Shown here: positions 24,468-33,619 of the stretch, piece by piece
Position numbering within the stretch: the first letter of the stretch is position 1
How the letters are laid out: each line of letters opens with the position of its first letter
Assembly: GCA_035529315.1 (NCBI GenBank)
Contig: DATKWZ010000016.1
Location: forward strand, 9,650-73,649
DNA: 64,000 nt
Source: Anaerolineae bacterium
GTDB lineage: Bacteria; Desulfobacterota; Desulfobacteria; Desulfobacterales; ETH-SRB1
Reading direction: 5' to 3'
The notes under the pieces: generated by a model
Told to the model about the DNA's origin: nothing
Database searches by the model: none
The model's input: only the letters and a program-made list of their open reading frames with translations
Made by a program: the position numbers and the translations under genes

Positions 24468-24734
24468 TTAATCCGCCAGAGACACTTTGTCCCCTTTTGC
24501 TATATCCTTGGGTTTAACCCATACAATATGCCGCTTATTAATAAAAAGTTCACTGGTGCTCCCTCCTTTTAACTTAACATCTACCAATACAATAAAAGAC
24601 TTGTCGCTAGCGGTAAAAAGCTCGGAAACCCTTTTTTTTCCTGCGATATTCACCTTGCCCTCCATGATTAAACCATCCACGGTTTTCACACAGATCAACT
24701 CGTATATGGGCTTGTATTGTGTTTTTCTCTCCAA
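24468..24734 (-). CDS. Small hypothetical protein (88 aa)
   Basis: An AGGAGG ribosome-binding site lies 8 nt upstream of an in-frame TTG at 24734, so the ORF-track start at 24881 is probably too long. I recognise no family. Confidence 0.45.
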   Translation of the reverse strand: MERKTQYKPIYELICVKTVDGLIMEGKVNIAGKKRVSELFTASDKSFIVLVDVKLKGGSTSELFINKRHIVWVKPKDIAKGDKVSLAD

Positions 24735-25039
24735 TTTATCTTCCTCCTTTTTTAATAAACTACCCCTCACCAATAACTCACGCCTGTCTGCGTAGCGAAC
24801 ACCCACAGGCAGGAAAATCTGCGTAATCTGTGGATTAAAATACGTGGATTGCAGCGTAAAACAAAGAGAGTCATAAGTCAAAAAAATCTTTGCACAAAAG
24901 ACGAACTACAGTTTAAGAAGGTTGGCAGCGTTATTACCGCAAATATTTTCTATTTCATCCTTCGGAAGACCGGGGGACGATTGGGGATGGGGCTTGCGTG
25001 GAGCAATCCGGTCAAGTCCGGCATGACGATTTTGGGACT

Positions 25040-26203
25040 TTATATCAGCAGGGAGGTAATGCTGTCAGCAAACAGCAGCCCCTTGCGTGTAAGCGAGCAT
25101 CGGTTTTCAGCGGCCCTGATCAACCCGTCTTCTTCAAGATACGCTATCGTTTCGGCAAATATTTTATTAAAGCTTACATCAAATTTTTTATCAAAAATAT
25201 CTGTTTTAATTCCATCCGTCATTCTCAACCCAAGCGAAATTGCCTCTATCATCTGTTGCTCTTTTGATAAAACCTCCTTTCCATCTATTGAAAGCCTGTT
25301 CCCATTGATATCTTTGATATATTTTGTCACGCTGCGGGTGTTCCAGTAACGCACGGGCTCAACAAATGAATGGGCTGAAGGGCCAAGCCCGATATATGGC
25401 GCAGACAACCAGTATTTTCTGTTATGCCTTGACATGTTGTCCCTTTTACCTGATTGAAGTAACACAAAATTTGATATCTCATATTGGACATAATTATTTA
25501 TATTTAAAAATTCTATTGTTGATTCAAACATATCGCCTGCAAGATTTTCAGGCAAAGGACAAAACCTTGCCTCCTGCCGGCCTTTATACATAGGGGTGCC
25601 TGATTCATAGGTAAGCATATAGCATGAAAGGTGTTCGGGTCTAAGGTCAACGGCCTTTTGCAAGTCAAAAAGCCATGATTTCATTGTCTGCCCTGGAATG
25701 CCGTAAATAAGATCAAGTCCAATATTATCAAAACCAGCCTTTCGAGCCCATTTTACAGCAGGATTTATATGCTTTCCTGAATGAATCCGCCCAAGAAATT
25801 TAAGATTTGTCTCCTGAAATGACTGCGCCCCGATATTAATGCGATTTACCCCTACCCTCTTATAACCGATAAAACGCTCTTTATCCACAGCGCCTGGATT
25901 TACTTCCATTGTTATCTCAGCATGTTCCAAAATCTTAAAGAAGTGGCAGGCATCCTCAATTATTTTACCAATATCCTCTGGTGTTAAGATCGAAGGGGTT
26001 CCTCCTCCAATATAGATCGTGTCAAACACAAAGGGAATATTACCAAGAATGCGCATTTCGAGCATCAGGGCTTTAAGAAATGCTTTCGTAAGGGACAGAT
26101 CGCTTATTGAATAAAAACCACAATAAGGACATTTCCTTAAGCAAAAAGGGACATGAATATATATGCCTGCAGGTTGGTTCTGATATTGATCATTTTCCGT
26201 CAT
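25040..26203 (-). CDS. hemW: Radical SAM heme chaperone HemW (HemN-like)
   Basis: GIYIHVPFCLRKCPYCGFYS carries the CxxxCxxC radical-SAM motif, followed by DTIYIGGGTPS. Length is 387 aa. Confidence 0.9.
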   Translation of the reverse strand: MTENDQYQNQPAGIYIHVPFCLRKCPYCGFYSISDLSLTKAFLKALMLEMRILGNIPFVFDTIYIGGGTPSILTPEDIGKIIEDACHFFKILEHAEITMEVNPGAVDKERFIGYKRVGVNRINIGAQSFQETNLKFLGRIHSGKHINPAVKWARKAGFDNIGLDLIYGIPGQTMKSWLFDLQKAVDLRPEHLSCYMLTYESGTPMYKGRQEARFCPLPENLAGDMFESTIEFLNINNYVQYEISNFVLLQSGKRDNMSRHNRKYWLSAPYIGLGPSAHSFVEPVRYWNTRSVTKYIKDINGNRLSIDGKEVLSKEQQMIEAISLGLRMTDGIKTDIFDKKFDVSFNKIFAETIAYLEEDGLIRAAENRCSLTRKGLLFADSITSLLI

Positions 26204-26481
26204 AACGACATATTCTCTCCGAGCTTAAACAACTTGCGGATGTTTAAAATATGGTTTATTGATAATTTGGCAATCGGTTTAAACCACTACCGCTGGAAGT
26301 GGTACCATAAGAAGGTTCTACCGTTATAGGAATTAGTCGGTTACAAGTGCCTAAAGTTAATGTATTCTGCCTATTTAAAAGCCTGCTTTGGCACTAACTA
26401 CCGGCACGTATAGTAGGCTTGGGCAAAGGTTTCAAGTGATCTATACTTGTTTTGTAGAAGTTAAAATTAGCAGCGCCAGAG

Positions 26482-26532
26482 GCGCATTCCTTAACTTTAG
26501 GCATTTTAGGCACTTTAGCTCACTTTAGGCAC
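26482..26532 (+). repeat. TTTAGGCAC / TTTAGCTCAC 9-10-nt periodic repeat (copy 1 of 2)
   Basis: GCGCATTCCTTAACTTTAGGCATTTTAGGCACTTTAGCTCACTTTAGGCAC. A second copy lies at 54435-54494. An inverted partner arm, GTGCCTAAAGTTAA, lies at 26347-26360. Confidence 0.8.
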
Positions 26533-26554
26533 TCAAAACAGGGAATATTGCGAA

Positions 26555-27559
26555 TTGGATAAAATAAAAACATTTTTTTTAATATCTGCATTTATCTCTT
26601 TTGCAGCCCTGGCATGCCTCTTTCTTGATCTTTTAGTTTATGCGGACAAAAGCGCAAATACCGATAATTCAGAAAAGGTTGTAGTAATATTGCCCGGCCA
26701 AAACCTTTCAACTATTGCCAACCATCTGAACAATACAGGTGTTATAAAAAATCCGGTTAAATTTAAGTTGTTGGCCCGTATTAAAGGCAGCGACAAAAAG
26801 ATAAAGGCCGGTGAATACCTCTTTTCTTCCTCTATGACTCCGATAAAAATACTGAAAATAATGGCAAGCGGAAAGGTCCGGCTCTATAAAATAACCATAC
26901 CGGAAGGTTATAATCTGGAACAGATTGCATCAATTATTTCCGAAGCAAAACTGGGCACCAGGGCAGACTTTTTAAGAGCAGCAACAGACTCATCCTTTGT
27001 GTATAAGCAGGGAATTAATGCTGAAACCTTTGAAGGATATCTCTTCCCGGATACCTATAACTTTCCAAAAGATATAACACAGGAAAAAATAATAGCTGCA
27101 ATGGTTGAGCAATTCAGATCAATCTTTAATCAAAAATGGAAAATGCGGGCAAAAGATCTTAATTTATCGATTCATCAGGTGGTGACACTTGCATCGATTA
27201 TTGAAAAGGAAACAGGCGTTTCTTTTGAGCGGCCTGTTATCTCATCTGTTTTTCACAATCGTTTAAAGAAAAGGATGCGTCTTCAAAGTGATCCAACAGT
27301 CATCTACGGTTTAAAGAACTTTGACGGCAACATAACACGAAAGCATCTTTCCGCCCAAACCCCTTATAATACATATACAATGAAAGGGCTCCCTCCCGGC
27401 CCTGTCGCAAACCCGGGAATTAAAGCAATAGAAGCCGCCCTCTACCCTGCTGATACGAATTTTCTTTATTTTGTTTCAAAAAAGGACCAGACACACAAGT
27501 TTTCAGCAAGCATAAACGAACACAACAAAGCCGTAAAAAAATATCAACTGCGAAAATAA
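26555..27559 (+). CDS. mltG: Endolytic murein transglycosylase MltG (YceG-like)
   Basis: N-terminal TM segment, EGYLFPDTY and ASIIEKE motifs, 334 aa. TTG start. Confidence 0.9.
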   Translation: MDKIKTFFLISAFISFAALACLFLDLLVYADKSANTDNSEKVVVILPGQNLSTIANHLNNTGVIKNPVKFKLLARIKGSDKKIKAGEYLFSSSMTPIKILKIMASGKVRLYKITIPEGYNLEQIASIISEAKLGTRADFLRAATDSSFVYKQGINAETFEGYLFPDTYNFPKDITQEKIIAAMVEQFRSIFNQKWKMRAKDLNLSIHQVVTLASIIEKETGVSFERPVISSVFHNRLKKRMRLQSDPTVIYGLKNFDGNITRKHLSAQTPYNTYTMKGLPPGPVANPGIKAIEAALYPADTNFLYFVSKKDQTHKFSASINEHNKAVKKYQLRK

Positions 27560-27603
27560 ATTCGGCACCTGTCTCACAGTGAGACCCTTGAAAAATACTC
27601 AAG

Positions 27604-27969
27604 CTATGCAAGCACCCCTGCAACCTTCTTTATCAATTCCAGAGGACTGAAGGGTTTGGTAAAATAGTCGTCCGCGCCTGCTGCAATGCCCTTCTCCCTG
27701 TCAACCTGCTGACCTTTTACACTCAGCATGATTATGATGCAGTCCTTGGTCTTCGGGTCATTTTTTAGAATCCGGGTTGCTTCCAGACCATCCATCCCCC
27801 TGGGCATCATGATATCCATAATTATCAAATCCGGCTTTTCAGCCTTCACAATCTCAATAGCCTTTTCCGCACTTTTAGCCTGAAGAATCTGGTAGTCTTC
27901 AGCCCTGAGAGTTGCCTCCACCAATTCCCTGATGTCTAACTCGTTATCCACTATAAGAATTTTTTTCAT
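27604..27969 (-). CDS. Single-domain response regulator (CheY-like receiver)
   Basis: KILIVDNE, PDLIIMDIMMP (phospho-Asp) and FTKPF motifs, 121 aa. Confidence 0.9.
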   Translation of the reverse strand: MKKILIVDNELDIRELVEATLRAEDYQILQAKSAEKAIEIVKAEKPDLIIMDIMMPRGMDGLEATRILKNDPKTKDCIIIMLSVKGQQVDREKGIAAGADDYFTKPFSPLELIKKVAGVLA

Positions 27970-28200
27970 CTTATCTTTCTCTTTTCTTCAGATCCAAACT
28001 CAGAAATCTAAATTCCTAAATCATTATGTTAACATTACAAGTGTCTCATGCTTGATGGCAACATTGATGAGCCGATCAATCACATCGCTGAAATAAACAC
28101 CCAGGAGATCTTCGGCAGCCATCTCTATTAAGACAATCCTGGCATGGGTGTCAATAACAATCAGGCCGTCAGCAACAGACTTACTGCAAGGCCCGCCTTT

Positions 28201-28224
28201 TGAACCGCAACAGCGACTAACCCC
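28201..28224 (-). repeat. Diverged copy of the GGGGTTAG...TTGCGGTTCA repeat
   Basis: The reverse complement reads GGGGTTAGTCGCTGTTGCGGTTCA (compare 9064-9090). Confidence 0.5.
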
Positions 28225-28237
28225 GTAGCTTGTCGGA

Positions 28238-29329
28238 TCAAATCGGAGATCCCGTACCAGTAACACCGGCTTCTCCAAAAGTAAGCATGTCTGTAAAAAT
28301 ACGCACAGCGCCTTCAATTATACACATGGCGAGCGCGCCGCCGGTACCTTCTCCAAGACGCATGCCAAGATCGAGAATCGGTTTAAGCCCGAGATGCTCC
28401 AGCATTAATCTGTGGCCAAGCTCTTCGGAGCAATGCCCGGCGAACAGATAATCCACAACCGCAGGACAAAGTGAGTGGGCGATAAGCGCGCCGGCAGTTG
28501 AAATAAACCCGTCAATTACTACAGGTCGTTTATAATATGCACCAGCCAGAACACACCCGGCAATTCCGCCAATCTCAAAACCTCCGACTTTTGAAAGAAC
28601 ATCAAGGCCGTCTTCCCTGTTTGGCTGGTTTATCTTGATTCCTTTGCGAATCGCTTCCTGCTTTCTGAAAAGACCTTTATCATCCACACCTGTCCCGCGG
28701 CCGACCATTTCCTCTAATGTCCTACCTGTAAGGACGGCCCCGATAGCCGCAGAAGGGGTGGTGTTGCCTATTCCCATATCACCTGTACCGAGAATCTGTA
28801 CCCCTTTATTAAAAAGGCCAGCCGCAAGTTGAAACCCTGTTAATATTGATTTTTCCGCGTCTTCACGTGTCATGGCAGGTCCCTGGGAAAAATTGGCCGT
28901 GCCTTTTGCCACCTTGTACATGAAAAAACGATCCCCTCCATTTAGTGTGACAGGGTCAAGGTTGGAAACAATACCCATATCAACCACAAAAACATCTGCA
29001 TTAACCTGCCTTGCAAGAACATTGATGCCTGCGCCGCCGTTTAAAAAGGTTTTTATCATCTCGCCTGTTACTTCCTGAGGAAAAGCACTTACCCCTTCCT
29101 TCACAACACCGTGGTCTCCGGCCATGACCATAAATGCTTTGCGCTCTATCGAAGGTTTAAGAGTTTTTTGGATGCCGCATAAACGTTCAGATATGTCATG
29201 CAGCCTTCCAAGGGCCCTGGCAGGCATCAGGAGTTGAGCTGTTCTTTCACGCCCCTTTTTTATCCATTTTTCGTCAACAGGTATAATCTGTTTTACAATC
29301 TCAACCAATCCAATATCTTCTGAAACCAT
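28238..29329 (-). CDS. cobT: Nicotinate-nucleotide--dimethylbenzimidazole phosphoribosyltransferase
   Basis: GDMGIGNTTPSAA and GEGTGGALA motifs, 363 aa. Confidence 0.95.
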   Translation of the reverse strand: MVSEDIGLVEIVKQIIPVDEKWIKKGRERTAQLLMPARALGRLHDISERLCGIQKTLKPSIERKAFMVMAGDHGVVKEGVSAFPQEVTGEMIKTFLNGGAGINVLARQVNADVFVVDMGIVSNLDPVTLNGGDRFFMYKVAKGTANFSQGPAMTREDAEKSILTGFQLAAGLFNKGVQILGTGDMGIGNTTPSAAIGAVLTGRTLEEMVGRGTGVDDKGLFRKQEAIRKGIKINQPNREDGLDVLSKVGGFEIGGIAGCVLAGAYYKRPVVIDGFISTAGALIAHSLCPAVVDYLFAGHCSEELGHRLMLEHLGLKPILDLGMRLGEGTGGALAMCIIEGAVRIFTDMLTFGEAGVTGTGSPI

Positions 29330-29486
29330 TTTCCCTCAACCTCCCGACTGTTTTAAAAGTAAAAATCGCAAAAAATCTTCTGTGAACCTATCTGAAAATC
29401 ATCTTAAAATCTCAATCAGTTTGTGTCAAATCATAACAGGCTGCTTTTAAACCCTTAAAGGCCAATTTATGGTCTTGCACAATAGA

Positions 29487-30311
29487 TTATTGGTTCCAGC
29501 ATTTTTCCAGATATTTTAGTGAGGCTTGCAGGTTGTTATATGAAAACACCTCTATTATCGCTATCCCGGCATATGTTTTTAATATTTTCATAATATCTGA
29601 TGTTTCATTATCTCTCAATTTATCAAGCGACAAGTGATCGAGGTTGTCTTTAACTCCGTGAAGATGTATTATTGATGTCCTGTCATGGTGTTTGTCGAAA
29701 ACCTTTTTTATATCTGCATTCATCCGTATAAGATGCCCTGTATCAATACACACGGATAGATTTAACGAAGATATAACCTCTTCTGCCCATTCAAAGGGAT
29801 ACATCAGGTTTTCAATTGCTATTGATCTGCTGTTTATTCCGGTTGCAAGCAACCTGTCCATGCTCTCATAAATACATTCCTGCCATTTGCTTATGTTATC
29901 TGTTTTACTCAAATCTTCATTAAATGAAAGATGAAGTATATAAACTGAAGGTATTAAAGGCAGGGTAAGGTCTATTACACGTTGAACCGACTCAATGGCG
30001 CGGCACCTGACTGATCGATCTTCATCCCCCAACAATATATCTATAGGCAAATGAATGTCATAAGTAATGTCGAATTCCTCTGCGAGCATGGAGAGCTCTT
30101 TTATCTCGTGCTTTGAAGGAAGACTGTCATAACTGCTTTCAAACAAAAGAAGTTCGATTTCATTTAGATAAGGGCCAAGCATTTTAACATTAGGTATATA
30201 ATGATCAGGGTATATAAATGACGTTGTTCCCAGCCTGAACGGATATAGTCCTTTGTATGATTTAGGAAGAGCTGAATACATATTGTTCAAAGTTGATTGG
30301 CTAAAATCCAA
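29487..30311 (-). CDS. Xylose-isomerase-like TIM-barrel (AP endonuclease 2 superfamily) protein, CbiR-like by context
   Basis: RLGTTSFIYPDHYIPNVKMLGPYLNEIELLLFES and IHLHG motifs. The gene is embedded between cobT and cobS. The functional call rests on context plus recollection of the CbiR family. Confidence 0.55.
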   Translation of the reverse strand: MDFSQSTLNNMYSALPKSYKGLYPFRLGTTSFIYPDHYIPNVKMLGPYLNEIELLLFESSYDSLPSKHEIKELSMLAEEFDITYDIHLPIDILLGDEDRSVRCRAIESVQRVIDLTLPLIPSVYILHLSFNEDLSKTDNISKWQECIYESMDRLLATGINSRSIAIENLMYPFEWAEEVISSLNLSVCIDTGHLIRMNADIKKVFDKHHDRTSIIHLHGVKDNLDHLSLDKLRDNETSDIMKILKTYAGIAIIEVFSYNNLQASLKYLEKCWNQ

Positions 30312-30470
30312 ATTTTATATCATTGCCCGCTTTGCTCGATTTTGCGGTTAAAAATTATAATATAATTCTTAATATTCCGTAATTTCTTTGTATTTAAATA
30401 TATCTGCGTTCATCTGTGCCTGCCCCGTAGGTCAGGATGATCGTACTGGGGTGAATCTGTGGCTGAATAG

Positions 30471-31202
30471 TTACAAAAAGGAGAGAGTTATCGAAACCAT
30501 CAAAAAAAGCATTGATTCAATAACTTCGGTCATTGCTCCTAACATGTCGCCTGTAATGCATCTGATCCGCTTTTTATAGTAAAGCAGGATTAGCGCTGTT
30601 ATAATGATAAAAATCAGGTTTAACAGGGCTCCTCTCCATCCTAAAAAAAAGGAAAGGGCAACAGGTATCAGCAATCCCCAAAAGGAGCTGATTTTTAATG
30701 GATCGCTAAAAAAAGCATGGCCGGTTCCGCCTTCAGTTCTGCCGTACTTAAGAAACCTTATGCCGAATAAAATACTTCCCCTTGCGTAGGCAGGTATAAT
30801 AACAAGCAGCAGGCTCCGGTGAACATCTAAACTTGCGATGCCAGCCCATTTAATCGCCAGCGCGCAGACAACGGCTACAAGCCCCATCACGCCGATTCTG
30901 CTGTCCTTCATTATGACAAGGGCATGTTCTCTGGTCCTGTGTCCCAGAAGACCGTCCGCTGTGTCTGCCAGACCATCCAGATGAAATGCGCCTGTAATGA
31001 GCGCAAGAAATATCACATCGAGCAGTGAGGCAACAGGCTTAGGCCATAATTGTAAAACAGCCATATCAAAGGCTGAAACCAGCAAGCCGATAATTATGCC
31101 CACAACCGGGAAAAGCTGTATCATGCTTTTGGGCTCAAACCCTCCCGGCTTTCCAACAGGCAAAATTGTTATAAACTGTATTGCTGCAATAAGGCTTTTC
31201 AT
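30471..31202 (-). CDS. cobS: Adenosylcobinamide-GDP ribazoletransferase (cobalamin synthase)
   Basis: 243-aa polytopic protein with AIQFITILPV and HLDGLADTADG motifs. Confidence 0.9.
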   Translation of the reverse strand: MKSLIAAIQFITILPVGKPGGFEPKSMIQLFPVVGIIIGLLVSAFDMAVLQLWPKPVASLLDVIFLALITGAFHLDGLADTADGLLGHRTREHALVIMKDSRIGVMGLVAVVCALAIKWAGIASLDVHRSLLLVIIPAYARGSILFGIRFLKYGRTEGGTGHAFFSDPLKISSFWGLLIPVALSFFLGWRGALLNLIFIIITALILLYYKKRIRCITGDMLGAMTEVIESMLFLMVSITLSFL

Positions 31203-31205
31203 TAT

Positions 31206-31727
31206 TTATTTTATCTTTACAGGTATGCCGGCAGCCATCCATATAACCTTATCAGAACATGCAGCCACATTCTGGTTGACATACCCGGCCACATCCCTGA
31301 ACCTTCTTGCAAGAACGTTATCCGGAACAATACCTGCCCCGACTTCGTTTGCAACCAGGATAACAGTGCATTGAGCTGTTTTAATAGACTGTATCAGGCT
31401 GTGCATATGCCTGAAAATTGTTTCCTGATCATCTGTCTCCAGAATAATGTTGCTTGTCCAGAACGTCAGGCAATCCACAACAATTACATCGGCTTTCAGG
31501 TGGTTTTCAATTATCGCTTCCGGCAGGCGGACCGGCGCCTCAATGGTTGTCCAGCCTTGGCCTCTTTCCTTCTGGTGGCACTCTACTCTTTGCTTTATCT
31601 CTTCATCAAGCGGCAAGCAGGTGGCAATAAAAATCCTGTTTTTTCCGCAAATGCTGCCCGACAATTCAAGAGCATGCCTGCTTTTGCCGCTCCTGCATCC
31701 TCCGAAAATAAATATTATCTCGCTCAT
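31206..31727 (-). CDS. cobU: Adenosylcobinamide kinase / adenosylcobinamide-phosphate guanylyltransferase
   Basis: P-loop GGCRSGKS. 173 aa. It ends 3 nt upstream of cobS. Confidence 0.9.
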   Translation of the reverse strand: MSEIIFIFGGCRSGKSRHALELSGSICGKNRIFIATCLPLDEEIKQRVECHQKERGQGWTTIEAPVRLPEAIIENHLKADVIVVDCLTFWTSNIILETDDQETIFRHMHSLIQSIKTAQCTVILVANEVGAGIVPDNVLARRFRDVAGYVNQNVAACSDKVIWMAAGIPVKIK

Positions 31728-31820
31728 AAATGCTAACTTAAAAATTAATTATTAACAACTAAACCAACCCTTGGAGGCTTTGCAGCTTCAGGACAATGAC
31801 CAGGTGTTTGTATCTCATAA

Positions 31821-32042
31821 TTATTTATCAGGATTTATGGGTATTTCTTTGCCCCACCAGCCTTGTTCATCTGTTTTCTTTGAGCTTTCTACTGAAGGAC
31901 ATTTGAACCCATATATGCTGAATTTCAGGTGATCCCAGTTTTTGTACATTGTGTCATGCTCAAAAAATTCAGACTCTTTTGCCAGTGTTCCACAAGCTGA
32001 AACAAACAAACTCAGGATAACGATCAAAGCAAATTTTTTCAT
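31821..32042 (-). CDS. Small putative lipoprotein (73 aa)
   Basis: An AGGAGG ribosome-binding site lies 9 nt upstream of ATG 32042. MKKFALIVILSLFVSAC carries a lipobox. The ORF-track start at 32135 runs through a palindrome. Confidence 0.55.
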   Translation of the reverse strand: MKKFALIVILSLFVSACGTLAKESEFFEHDTMYKNWDHLKFSIYGFKCPSVESSKKTDEQGWWGKEIPINPDK

Positions 32043-32099
32043 TAATCTTAACCTCCTGTTTTTTTTAAGCACTAAAATACAATAAATATTGTTTTTATT

Positions 32100-32133
32100 G
32101 AAGATTCCCTGTAGCAAGCTACAGGGAATCTTC
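32100..32133. repeat. Perfect 16-bp inverted repeat with a 2-nt loop
   Basis: GAAGATTCCCTGTAGC-AA-GCTACAGGGAATCTTC. Confidence 0.9.
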
Positions 32134-32164
32134 AACCGTAAGGAAGTTAGCCATTTTTTTAGAT

Positions 32165-32184
32165 TCGCTCGCTATTGCGGTTCA
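32165..32184 (+). repeat. TCGCTCGCTATTGCGGTTCA repeat (copy 3)
   Basis: Identical core to 9071-9090. Confidence 0.7.
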
Positions 32185-32315
32185 CAGGGCATCAATGTTG
32201 ATGGCATCGTAAAAAGTCATTTTGTATGTCATTCCCGCGAAAGCTGGAGTCTATAACTAATTGAGGTTGCTCGATTCCCGCTTTAACGGAAATGACAAAA
32301 AGGCTAGAAATTTGA

Positions 32316-32333
32316 CTTTTTACGAGTTCATCA
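32316..32333 (+). repeat. CTTTTTACGAGTTCATCA module (copy 2)
   Basis: Forms the 3' end of an intergenic repeat that translates as the spurious ORF 32192-32443. Confidence 0.7.
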
Positions 32334-32446
32334 ATATCTATCATGTCATTATTCTTCTGCTGTACAATAAATTTGCACCTGTTCACAGGACGAGGAGATC
32401 CCCTTGCAGACATAATCCTCGTACAACCTCCTTTAATCCTCATTTA

Positions 32447-33424
32447 TTAAGGAAGTTTAAATGATGGTTCATTACGTTCACTGACAATATTATATTTAAC
32501 AATCCCGTTATAGACTCCACATAACCAACCACTAAATCCGGATTTGGTTTTGATGAGATACCAGGAATAAACTGGAGTATTATCCGTCGCCTCCCTGATT
32601 ATTTGAAATTCTACATCTCTATCTAATTGACCGATAATTTCACTGCCGACAGAATGGTTCTTTCGAATATTCATTCCGGCGAGCAGAACATACCACCGAC
32701 TCTTTTTTTTGAAAGACAACGGAGTCGTTGGATCAGAAGCTTCTTTGTCCGGATAAAGTTTTATTAAAAAAACACCGGCGATTTCCTTGGAACACTGAAG
32801 AATATTTTTATAGGCGATTAATGCCTCTTCTCTATTATCTGCTTTCAAATAAAGAATACCTGCCTGATAATAATGATCGGCGCTCAAAATATTTTTGCCG
32901 ACTTCTTTATATGCCAGCCCAAGATTACGATGCGCTACAGGATTGTCAGGCGCGATCTCCAAAGCCTTTTTAAGCACCGCAATTGCTTCATCAAACATCT
33001 TTTTCTCAAGGTAAATAACTCCTAATGTATGATATGGAAGATCAAATTCAGAATCCAGAGCAATGGCTTTTTTAAATTCCGCAATTGCTTCATCAAGCAG
33101 TTCCTTTTTATACAATGAAACTCCAAGATCATGATGAATACTAACATCATTGGAATTTATGGTAAGGGCCTTTTTATATGTTTCGATTGCCTTATCCCAC
33201 ATTCCCATAATATTATAAATATAACCTAAATTGTTATAACTGGGCACATGGTTGGGATAAATATTTATAGTTTTTTTAAAACAGTTAATAGCCTGCTCAT
33301 AATTCTTTTCTTCAATGCTTTTAACCCCTTTACTGAACCACTCTTCTGCAGCCTCTTCTGTCCATCCTGTATCCGCAAAAAAAAATAAAGCAATCAAAAA
33401 TATTATTATACACCGTTTCAACAT
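32447..33424 (-). CDS. Secreted TPR-repeat protein with a C-terminal SH3-like domain
   Basis: Signal peptide, at least five TPR units (AINCFKKTINIYPNH, AIETYKKALTINSND, and others), and a C-terminal segment WYVLLAGMNIRKNHSVGSEIIGQL...GWLCG. Confidence 0.8.
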   Translation of the reverse strand: MLKRCIIIFLIALFFFADTGWTEEAAEEWFSKGVKSIEEKNYEQAINCFKKTINIYPNHVPSYNNLGYIYNIMGMWDKAIETYKKALTINSNDVSIHHDLGVSLYKKELLDEAIAEFKKAIALDSEFDLPYHTLGVIYLEKKMFDEAIAVLKKALEIAPDNPVAHRNLGLAYKEVGKNILSADHYYQAGILYLKADNREEALIAYKNILQCSKEIAGVFLIKLYPDKEASDPTTPLSFKKKSRWYVLLAGMNIRKNHSVGSEIIGQLDRDVEFQIIREATDNTPVYSWYLIKTKSGFSGWLCGVYNGIVKYNIVSERNEPSFKLP

Positions 33425-33619
33425 TTCCTCCTATACCCTTGTCAGCCAAAAGTTCTCAGGGGTTTTGCACAACCCCCATTTTGCTCAATTCCGGTCATTG
33501 CAAGGAGCAAGTGAGCCTTTAGCCGCGAGTAAAGCGGCCGGACGTGGCAATCTTGTGGGTTGTCAACATGTTTTGAGATTGCTTCATCATTGTACTCCTC
33601 ACAATGACCTGGTGTATTA

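Noticed and set aside
26482-26532. The TTTAGGCAC periodic repeats considered as a CRISPR array
   Set aside because: The units are only 9-10 nt with no spacers of unique sequence, and no cas genes are nearby.
27571-27585. GTCTCAC-A-GTGAGAC hairpin between convergent mltG and the receiver gene, considered as a bidirectional terminator
   Set aside because: The stem is only 7 bp and there is no adjacent U-run on either strand. That is too weak to call.
32192-32443. ORFs 32192-32443 (-), 33442-33774 (-) and 13132-13500 (+)
   Set aside because: They are translations of dispersed intergenic repeats or of the opposite strand of a gene fragment. They have no ribosome-binding site and no domain features.
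31728-32446. Cobalamin riboswitch upstream of the cobU-cobS-cobT operon
   Set aside because: I looked on the minus strand for a B12-box-like GCCACTG core and the surrounding conserved stems. I found none. The region is occupied by a lipoprotein gene, a palindrome and dispersed repeats.
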